46,733 bases of DNA, taken from sequence record DRR723986_3165. The stretch is one strand, 5' to 3'. Every line of letters begins with the position of its first letter. Within the stretch, counting starts at the first letter, position 1. Below, one piece after another: positions 39,159 through 46,733 of this stretch. The notes under the pieces were generated by a model. That model was not told the DNA's origin and did no database searches. It saw nothing but the letters and a program-made list of their open reading frames with translations. The position numbers were made by a program, and so were the translations under genes.

Positions 39159-42100
39159 ATGAACAATCGAACGCTGAACGACACGTCATTACTGGATGTC
39201 ATTGCCTCCAGCGACGAAGCGATCCGCAACCTATCGCTGGAACAGCTTTGTGAATCAGCCAGCCGGTCCGAATTGATGTCGGTCTGCGAAGACTTAGATG
39301 ATTTTAGACACAAGACGCAAAATCTCTACCATCGCGTTCGTGCGTTGTTTTTCCTGTATGCCATCCACCGCTTTCACTTGCCAGGCCGTTTGGAAGATCG
39401 CCAATCTGGCGTCATTCCGATTGAAGGCTATCGCCACCTTTTCCAACGGCGTTTCCCCGAGGCGCTTCGGTGTTTCCTGCAAGAGCAACGATCGGCGGGC
39501 CCGAGCGTCGCTCTGTCAAGCGCGCTGGCCAGCGGGTACCATCAGCTCGCCATTCAGACTCTCGCTGATCAGGTTCGCAAGAGTGTTCGAAGCGTGCGTG
39601 GAAATCAGTGGATGTTTCGCATCGGTCACCCGGCCGATACGCCGATTCGCATCCGCCCAGAGCTCAGAGAGAAAGACTCCCGCAATAGCTTTCCCGTACT
39701 CAGCGAACGGACGAGCGTGCGGATGGACTTTACACACAGTGCGTGGAGTGACATTTTCTTTCTTGGGATGGACTTCCCGGAAGGCGCACGCGTCATCAAC
39801 GCATCAATTGACTTGGGCGTGCAAGGAAAACACAACGCTCCCGAGCCACCGATCCACTGTACGTTTCGTGTTATCGAGAAGCCCGTTATCAAGCTAACGA
39901 GCATCGATCTGAATGCGACAGCAGAGATCGTTACGATTAGCGAGCTGTTTGATTTTGCTCATGACTATCTCGGACTCATCAAAGCGGCGGTGATTGCTGC
40001 CGGGATCGTGCCACCAGGCATGGAGGGATGTGATGCACCGGTTGCGAGAGTGCTCAAGCGCCTGGCCGGACCTGGACTAGGAATTGAGATCGTCAGTCGA
40101 GTCAACGGAATTCCCAAGGGCTCTCGGTTGGCCGTGTCCACAAACCTGCTTGGTTCGTTGATCTCACTGTGCATGCGGGCCACTGGTCAAGTCACTCAGT
40201 TGACCGGTCCGCTCGCGGAATCCGACCGAAGAATTGTCGCTGCCCGCGCGATCCTTGGTGAATGGCTGGGAGGCAGCGGCGGTGGTTGGCAGGATTCTGG
40301 TGGAATCTGGCCGGGGATCAAGCTGATTGAAGGTGCCTTGGCTACGGAGGGGGACGCCGAATTTGGTATCAGCCGAGGCAGGCTGCTGCCACAACACACT
40401 GTCCTGGACCAAGAGTCGTTGCCCACCGCATCGAAAAAGAAACTCCAGGAATCACTAGTGCTCGTTCACGGTGGTATGGCCCAGAACGTGGGGCCAATCT
40501 TGGAAATGGTCACAGAGAAATACCTGCTGCGCAGCCTGGACGAGTGGAAGGCCCGCCAGGAAGCGGTGCGCCGCGTTCAGCAAATCCTCGACGCACTGAA
40601 AGCCGGCGATATTCGGGCAGTTGGACAGTTTACCGATTCAAACTTTCGCGACCTGCTGCAACGGATCATTCCGTGGTGTACTAATCATTACACCGAACGG
40701 CTAATCGCGGCTTGCAAGGAAAAATACGGTGACGACTTTTGGGGCTTCTGGATGCTGGGCGGAATGGCCGGCGGTGGAATGGGATTCCTCTTCGATCCGA
40801 AAATCCGCCCCGAGGCAGCGCAATGGCTGGGCCGGAAGATGATCGAGGAAAAACGCGCGCTCGAATCGAGCCTGCCGTTTGCGATGGATCCAGTTGTCTA
40901 CGACTTTCGGATCAATGATGAGGGCACGACGGCGATTCTGTCTGACGCCGACGAAATGCCCACTGGCTATTTCCCGTTTACGATTCCTAGCCTACTGCGC
41001 AAGTCTAGCGATGAAATCACAGCCAGCGAGCGAGCCGATCTGGAGTACGTAGGCAGAACGCTCCAGCCAGTGGCAGCATCATCGACAGCAAAGCCCGATT
41101 CGGAACACTTGGTGTCCGAACTCATGGGGCGTTTGCTACCAACCAAGACTTTTGCCTCCAGTGATAATGACGACAGTTTGGCAAAACTGTTGGAAGCGAA
41201 CGGATTTGATCGCGATGAGCACGATGCGATCCGAGAGGACCTTCTTGCGGGCAGACTAGGACTCCGGCAAAACAGACTGCCAGCAAGTAGCCGGATCGAA
41301 GACGTTCAACCCGAAGACATCATCGATACTCGCAGTGGCTTTTCCCCATCCTTGGCGTCAGTCGGAGAAAAGGCGATTTCGTCAGGCGAAGTGGCCGTGG
41401 TGACGCTTGCCGCCGGTGTCGGCAGCCGATGGACACAGGGTGCAGGTGTAGTAAAGGCACTGAACCCCTTCCACAAGATCGACGGCGCGCATCGTAGCTT
41501 CTTGGATCTGCATACGGCGAAAGCAAAACTTGTCGGCGAGAAGTTCGGATTCTATCCCGCCCACATCGTTACCACAGGCTACATGACCGACGCGCCAATT
41601 CACGCAGCGGTCCAGGCGACTGACTACCCCGGTGCAAAATTTGTTTCCAGGGGCAAGAGTGTCGGTCTGCGTATGGTCCCGACGGTCTCGGATCTACAGT
41701 TTGCATGGGAGGAAATGCCCGAGCAAGTACTCGATCAGCAGCAAGAGAAAGTGCGGCAAAGCGCCCGTGCTGCTTTGCTCGACTGGGCCCGTGGTGCCGG
41801 CCAAGCAAGCGACTATACCGACAACTTGCCAATGCAATGCCTACACCCAGTAGGACACTGGTACGAAGTCCCCAACTTGCTCCGAAACGGCACGCTTCGC
41901 AACCTGTTGCAGCAACACCCGCAGACTCGCCACCTTTTGTTGCACAACGTTGACACTCTCGGCGCGACGCTCGATCCAGCAATCCTAGGACTTCACATGA
42001 CCAGCGGCTCCTGCTTGTCATTCGAAGTCATTTCTAGGCGATTGGAGGATCGCGGCGGAGGCCTGGCCAGAGTCGACGGTCGACCGCGACTTGTCGAAGG

Positions 42101-42503
42101 CCTCGCGATGCCCAGCGAAGAAGCTGAATTCAAACTGACTTATTACAATTCCATGACAACTTGGATCGATATAGATCGACTTCTCGATGTGTTTGGAATC
42201 ACCAGGGAAGATCTGAGCAGTGCACCGAAAGTTCAGCGGGCCGTTCGCAATATCGCTCGACGCATGCCAACCTACATCACTCTGAAGGATGTGAAGCGAA
42301 GATGGGGGAACGGGCAGGAAGATGTTTTTCCGGTTTGCCAGTTTGAAAAAATCTGGGGCGACATGACCGGGCTTCCCGAAGTTGATTGCCAGTACTTGGT
42401 CGTGCCAACGGTGCGTGGGCAACAAATGAAGGATCCAGCCCAACTCGACGGTTGGCTGCGTGATGGTTCTGCAGCCGAAGTAATTAAGCTTTGTAGTTTC
42501 TGA
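39159..42503 (+). CDS. Fusion of a GHMP (fucokinase-like) sugar kinase and a UDPGP-family pyrophosphorylase
   Basis: VRMDFTHSAWSD, IPKGSRLAVS, GSGGGWQD, MLGGMAGGG (GHMP); LAAGVGSRW..K, HPVGH, HNVDTL, DRGGGL, FEK (UDPGP-like). Confidence 0.85.
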   Translation: MNNRTLNDTSLLDVIASSDEAIRNLSLEQLCESASRSELMSVCEDLDDFRHKTQNLYHRVRALFFLYAIHRFHLPGRLEDRQSGVIPIEGYRHLFQRRFPEALRCFLQEQRSAGPSVALSSALASGYHQLAIQTLADQVRKSVRSVRGNQWMFRIGHPADTPIRIRPELREKDSRNSFPVLSERTSVRMDFTHSAWSDIFFLGMDFPEGARVINASIDLGVQGKHNAPEPPIHCTFRVIEKPVIKLTSIDLNATAEIVTISELFDFAHDYLGLIKAAVIAAGIVPPGMEGCDAPVARVLKRLAGPGLGIEIVSRVNGIPKGSRLAVSTNLLGSLISLCMRATGQVTQLTGPLAESDRRIVAARAILGEWLGGSGGGWQDSGGIWPGIKLIEGALATEGDAEFGISRGRLLPQHTVLDQESLPTASKKKLQESLVLVHGGMAQNVGPILEMVTEKYLLRSLDEWKARQEAVRRVQQILDALKAGDIRAVGQFTDSNFRDLLQRIIPWCTNHYTERLIAACKEKYGDDFWGFWMLGGMAGGGMGFLFDPKIRPEAAQWLGRKMIEEKRALESSLPFAMDPVVYDFRINDEGTTAILSDADEMPTGYFPFTIPSLLRKSSDEITASERADLEYVGRTLQPVAASSTAKPDSEHLVSELMGRLLPTKTFASSDNDDSLAKLLEANGFDRDEHDAIREDLLAGRLGLRQNRLPASSRIEDVQPEDIIDTRSGFSPSLASVGEKAISSGEVAVVTLAAGVGSRWTQGAGVVKALNPFHKIDGAHRSFLDLHTAKAKLVGEKFGFYPAHIVTTGYMTDAPIHAAVQATDYPGAKFVSRGKSVGLRMVPTVSDLQFAWEEMPEQVLDQQQEKVRQSARAALLDWARGAGQASDYTDNLPMQCLHPVGHWYEVPNLLRNGTLRNLLQQHPQTRHLLLHNVDTLGATLDPAILGLHMTSGSCLSFEVISRRLEDRGGGLARVDGRPRLVEGLAMPSEEAEFKLTYYNSMTTWIDIDRLLDVFGITREDLSSAPKVQRAVRNIARRMPTYITLKDVKRRWGNGQEDVFPVCQFEKIWGDMTGLPEVDCQYLVVPTVRGQQMKDPAQLDGWLRDGSAAEVIKLCSF

Positions 42504-42628
42504 TGTTGTTTGTGCACCGAAGGTCGAAGCAAACGATGCAGGATCTGGCAAGAAGCGGTCTCATTCTATAAACTCTTCGGCGTCGTCAATTCTGCCGTAA
42601 TGACATTTCTAGGACCGGGCAAAGTCAA

Positions 42629-43051
42629 TTGTCGGATCGCTCCCCCGCCTCAGCCGCTCATCAGCGAACTCGCCGTGACCACACCACGGAGACTGCCGAG
42701 GACTATGTCGAAGCGGTTGCTGAGATCGTAGCCAAGAAAGACTCATGTCGACTTCGGGATCTGGCGGCGCATTTCGGAGTAAGCCACGTTACGGCGAATC
42801 GCATTGTTGCACGTCTTGTTGGTGAGGGACTCCTCTCAACGGAGCCCTACCAGCCAATTCAGTTGACCGACGCTGGGGCGAAGCTGGCTGAAAAATGCCG
42901 CCAGCGACATGAGATCGTCTACCAGTTTCTGTTGAAGCTGGGGATTGATCCGGCGACTGCTGCCATCGATGCCGAAGGAATCGAGCACCACGTCAGCGCA
43001 AAGACGCTGGCCAAGTTCCAAGAGATAATCGACGACGGCCTGGCGAATTAG
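42629..43051 (+). CDS. mntR: Manganese-binding DtxR-family transcriptional regulator
   Basis: TAEDYVEAV, FGVSHVT, PYQPIQLT, RHEIVYQFL, DAEGIEHHVS; TTG start. Confidence 0.9.
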   Translation: MSDRSPASAAHQRTRRDHTTETAEDYVEAVAEIVAKKDSCRLRDLAAHFGVSHVTANRIVARLVGEGLLSTEPYQPIQLTDAGAKLAEKCRQRHEIVYQFLLKLGIDPATAAIDAEGIEHHVSAKTLAKFQEIIDDGLAN

Positions 43052-43245
43052 AACGATCGATCGCAAAGGGCCTGCGCGGCACGACCGCTAGAACCGTCAA
43101 TGTCGCGCCGCAATTCAATGATGAAAGCGATACGAACAGGCATGTCGCGTGGCCACGGGTTCGTGGGGTGTAAACTTCCGCAGGCCCCTTCGGACACATC
43201 CCAGATCGCACTTGTTCTACGTGCGATTCGCAATTGTTTCACGCC

Positions 43246-45003
43246 ATGCGCTTCATTGCTTCAAATCTACGCTTGGGGGTGAACCGCGACGTAAGAATCG
43301 TCGCTTGTCTATTCCTGGCCCTTGGCACTGCTTCTCTAGCCTACATCGCGCGCGTCCATGAAGTAACACATGACGCATTCCACGAAATGGCCCTTTACAG
43401 GCAATCGTTGATCGACGGCGCGATGCCGATGGACGACGCGTTTGCCTACACGGCAACGGTCAGCCCAAGCGTTCACCACGAGTGGGGGACGGGGGCGGTT
43501 CTCTACTTTGCAACAATGGGCACCGGACTTGGGTTAGTAGGCCTGTCGCTCTTGAAGTTACTGCTGATGGCCGCGCTGTGGCTCGCGCTCTATCGTGTTG
43601 CCCGCATGCGTGGAGCTCATCCGATTGTTTTCGCGCTGGTCGCCTTTGCGGTCTTTCCCGTGATGTGGGTCGGCTTCAGCACAATCCGCGCTCAACTCTT
43701 TACGCTGGTGTTTCTTGCTCTACAGATTTGGATGCAAGAGTGTGATCGGCGAGGTAGAAAGTTTTGGGTGCCTCTATGGCTAACCATGATGACGGCGTGG
43801 CTCAATCTGCACGCCGGATTTGTTGTGGGCATCGCCATGATGATCGCGCACTGTGGGGAAGCTGCTGTGCAGAGCATCCTCAATCGAAGTTCAGTCCGCG
43901 ACATCGGCCGCATGCACTGGCATCAGCTTGTCGCCGTTGTGGGCGTGATTTTCGTTCTGCCGATCAATCCATATGGCTGGAAGTACATTCCCTACCTAAT
44001 TCATGCTATCCGCATGCCGCGGCCGCTGATCCGTGAGTGGCAACCGATCTGGAATACTTACGCCCCGGAAGTGACCATTCTCTTGCTGGTGGCTGCTACG
44101 GTGATGCTGTTGCTGCCAGTCTTCAATGAGTACCGAAAAATCAGGGCGGCAAGTTCGTCGGTCGCCGATTCGTTTCGCAGACTTCGCGGCTGGCCCTTCT
44201 TGGCACTCGCGTTGGTGATGACGATCAAACACATTCGTCACGGTTCACTCTTTGGAGTGATCTGGCTAGCGTATGTTCCTGCTTGGTTGTCTCGCCTAGA
44301 GCTGGGCAAAATGCTGGTTGCACTGGTCGACTCGAAAAGAACTCTGATCATGAGAGCCAGTCTTGCCACAAGTGCGATGTGCGGAGGCTATGCTTGCTAC
44401 CACCAGTTCTATCGACCTACTATACCCGCCACACCTCTATACTCGACCAAGTGTTATCCTGTGGCAGCCGTCGACTACTTGGCTGATAGCGGATTCGAAG
44501 GCAACCTATTCACGCCATTCCATGCAGGTTCTTATGTTTCCTGGAGACTCGGAACTGACGTACAGGTGAGCTTTGATGGCCGTTATGAAGTGGCCTATGA
44601 AGAGCGTTTGATGGATGAGCAGCTCACAGCGTTGTCCGGCAAGGGCAAGTGGTGGGGCATGTTCGAGGAGTTTCCAACCGATGCCATGCTCATCCACCGC
44701 CGCGCGCCACTGTACGACACGCTGCTGGCGATCAGCGAAGGTGGTGGCGAGCTCCCCGAAACGCTCAGCGGTTGGTACTTGGCGTATAAGGATCCATCGT
44801 ACTTGATCTTCGCGGCACCGCAGCACCGAGAGGTGCTTAAAGCTGAGAACCCAAGACCGCTTCGCGACGGAGCATGGGAGGTATTTTCACCACGCTATTC
44901 CCATTGGGGCATGAACAAAGACAAGCGGAACGTGGGCAGTCAACAAGAAGATCAACAATCCCCAAAGCGATTCACGTCATTCTTGCCAACTGCCGAGCGA
45001 TGA
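43246..45003 (+). CDS. Multi-pass membrane protein, putative GT-C-type glycosyltransferase
   Basis: About 10-11 TM helices; HDAFHE after TM1, HHEWG, RAQLFT, WLNLHAGF, INPYG, EWQP, FDGRYE; soluble C-terminal domain. Confidence 0.7.
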   Translation: MRFIASNLRLGVNRDVRIVACLFLALGTASLAYIARVHEVTHDAFHEMALYRQSLIDGAMPMDDAFAYTATVSPSVHHEWGTGAVLYFATMGTGLGLVGLSLLKLLLMAALWLALYRVARMRGAHPIVFALVAFAVFPVMWVGFSTIRAQLFTLVFLALQIWMQECDRRGRKFWVPLWLTMMTAWLNLHAGFVVGIAMMIAHCGEAAVQSILNRSSVRDIGRMHWHQLVAVVGVIFVLPINPYGWKYIPYLIHAIRMPRPLIREWQPIWNTYAPEVTILLLVAATVMLLLPVFNEYRKIRAASSSVADSFRRLRGWPFLALALVMTIKHIRHGSLFGVIWLAYVPAWLSRLELGKMLVALVDSKRTLIMRASLATSAMCGGYACYHQFYRPTIPATPLYSTKCYPVAAVDYLADSGFEGNLFTPFHAGSYVSWRLGTDVQVSFDGRYEVAYEERLMDEQLTALSGKGKWWGMFEEFPTDAMLIHRRAPLYDTLLAISEGGGELPETLSGWYLAYKDPSYLIFAAPQHREVLKAENPRPLRDGAWEVFSPRYSHWGMNKDKRNVGSQQEDQQSPKRFTSFLPTAER

Positions 45004-45044
45004 CATTCGTTGCCTTAGGCCATTGGAGACGTACCAAATACGAA

Positions 45045-45075
45045 AAGAGGCGTCGGTATCACACCAACGCCTCTT
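45045..45075 (-). terminator. Rho-independent terminator between convergent genes
   Basis: Stem AAGAGGCGTCGGT / ACCAACGCCTCTT with short T runs on both strands. Confidence 0.65.
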
Positions 45076-45123
45076 CTGTGGTTCAAAGTCTTGTACTGAA
45101 ATTTTGACTCCAACGCGATGCGA

Positions 45124-46733
45124 TTAGAGAGCCATCAACGTTTCAAGTTTCGACTGGATGACAAACTGCCGATCTTCATTGGAGCCAGTTGCCAACGAAA
45201 CGCCCTCGTTGCCATCAAGCACAATCTGATACACCATCGACAACTCTTCTGCGGTCAGTAGCCCCATCGAGTTGTAAAGCCGTGCTTCGAACATTTTCCG
45301 CAGCGGCGTCACTGACTGGTCTGAAAGGATCGTTGCCATCCGAGCTTGAGCGTGTTTCGCAGCCATAGAGTTTGGCATTGGGATCACGCTCACTTCGCGG
45401 TCAAGCAAACCGTACAAGCGTTCAATATTCGCATCAAGCCCGTCGTCCTTCTCGCGAAACCGTGCTTTTTCAACATCAGTGTTGATCATCTGGCGGCTTG
45501 CACCAACGGTCTCTCCTGCAGCGTCGACGATGCGGACGGTGGTTTTGTTGGTAACAATGCGTGTTCTGTTATTCGTCTTCACGTCCATGTCGAATAGGAA
45601 CAGCACGTCGGCTCCCGACTCGGAAAATTTCTCAAGGATTTCTTTGCGATCGCCATCGCCAAGATAGGTCAAGCCAACGGCCAGCGACTGACCAGGCAAT
45701 GTGTTGGATTCAGCACGGGTTTCACCACCGCCACCGCCCATTCCTGGTCCGCCCATGCCCATTCCCGGGCCTGCACCACCGTAGCCTTCGTCGCCACCAT
45801 CATACATTCCGCCACCCATTCCACCTCCGCCGCCGTACATGCCGCCACCATATCCACCAGCCGCTGCCGCTAGGGCATCTGATTCCGGCTCGGCCAGGGT
45901 AGCATCGGCGAAGAGGGTACCGAATTTTCCGTCAGCCCAACGCGACTCAAATTCCGACACAACTCGCCCACCGAGTTCGCCAGTTAGAGATTCAAAAGTA
46001 CGCTTCGTCTCCGACTGCCCGTTTCGGCGACCACCGAATCCATCACCGTATCCACCGCCGCCGTAACCACCCCCGCCAGCGCCACTAAATTGACTGCTAC
46101 CGATTGGTTTCACATCCTTCATCGAATCAGGAACATCGACGACAACTGCTGCTGCGAATCGTAGTGCTGTGACCGGCTTGCGTCCTCGCATGTAGAACCC
46201 AACTTCGGAAAGTTGTTCTTTGACTGCCTCGGGATCCGATGAAACGAGGTGCGCGTAAAGAAACTCAATTCCTTGCTCTTGGTTGCCTGAACCGAATTTT
46301 CGTTTCGCCGTTGCGAGCAGGTCTTTCATCGCCTCTTCAGCGTCTGCTAACTCGGTCCGAATCCAATCGATGACCGCTTGCTTCTGCTGAGCGGGCGGTT
46401 GGCGTCGGCCTCGCGGCGGCATCGATCCCTCTTCCAGTACAGACGCTACTGATTCCCAGAGATCTGCGTTGTCGCCAACATGCGGGGTGACTTCCGCCAA
46501 GCTCACTTCGCCCTTAGTTTGCCCTCGCATGTGGCACGTGCTGCAGTTCTGGACTAGGAATTGGTTGACGTTGGCGAACGCCATTCCAGGCCTTGCTTGT
46601 CCCATACCTGGTCCGCCCATACCTGGAGCTCCCATGCCGGGCCCATCCATGCTCGCGCCCATTCCGGATTGCCCCATGCCCGGCCCGCTCACGCCTGGGC
46701 CTCCATAGCCCATGCCTTCGTCGCCGTAGCCTC
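45124..46733 (-). CDS. Gly/Met/Pro-rich low-complexity protein with a planctomycete cytochrome c domain (5' truncated by the window edge)
   Basis: Frame open to the window end; GPGMG repeats; FLVQNCSTCH...W..V...L..GSMPP...WI. Confidence 0.8.
   Translation of the reverse strand, partial: GYGDEGMGYGGPGVSGPGMGQSGMGASMDGPGMGAPGMGGPGMGQARPGMAFANVNQFLVQNCSTCHMRGQTKGEVSLAEVTPHVGDNADLWESVASVLEEGSMPPRGRRQPPAQQKQAVIDWIRTELADAEEAMKDLLATAKRKFGSGNQEQGIEFLYAHLVSSDPEAVKEQLSEVGFYMRGRKPVTALRFAAAVVVDVPDSMKDVKPIGSSQFSGAGGGGYGGGGYGDGFGGRRNGQSETKRTFESLTGELGGRVVSEFESRWADGKFGTLFADATLAEPESDALAAAAGGYGGGMYGGGGGMGGGMYDGGDEGYGGAGPGMGMGGPGMGGGGGETRAESNTLPGQSLAVGLTYLGDGDRKEILEKFSESGADVLFLFDMDVKTNNRTRIVTNKTTVRIVDAAGETVGASRQMINTDVEKARFREKDDGLDANIERLYGLLDREVSVIPMPNSMAAKHAQARMATILSDQSVTPLRKMFEARLYNSMGLLTAEELSMVYQIVLDGNEGVSLATGSNEDRQFVIQSKLETLMAL

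Noticed and set aside
42504-43245. yybP-ykoY Mn riboswitch or MntR box around mntR
   Set aside because: No recognisable consensus or convincing palindrome by eye

Overview
Bacterial chromosomal window, almost certainly from a planctomycete (Pirellulaceae/Rhodopirellula-like). The evidence is the DUF1501, DUF1549/DUF1553, planctomycete cytochrome c and 'Planctomycete extracellular' motifs. About 33 protein genes are supported. (1) 0.6-9.6 kb: the uncharacterised four-gene DUF1501 / PPC-repeat / DUF1549-DUF1553 / cytochrome c-WD40-coiled-coil cluster. (2) 9.7-19.6 kb: a degenerate LarA-like gene, gatA-gatB, a SAM hydrolase, and the opposing dgt / adenylate-forming enzyme / small Cys protein / rlmN run. 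(3) 20-21.7 kb: DUF1648, then a small AT-rich insert with an orphan membrane gene, a headless Cys-ended ORF fragment and a 16-bp direct repeat. (4) DUF58, a Tat-exported IorAB-like molybdoenzyme, and an ECF sigma / ZAS anti-sigma / mini-secretin-like locus. (5) pgi, an MBL hydrolase, a matrixin-dockerin-EF-hand protease, a SurA-like PPIase, an orphan pilin and osmC. (6) A degenerate GalU-like gene plus a 1114-aa GHMP sugar kinase-UDP-sugar pyrophosphorylase fusion, mntR, a GT-C-like membrane protein, and a 5'-truncated Gly/Met-rich cytochrome c protein. I saw no rRNA, tRNA, CRISPR array, transposase or integrase. All calls come from motif recognition by eye; no searches were run.
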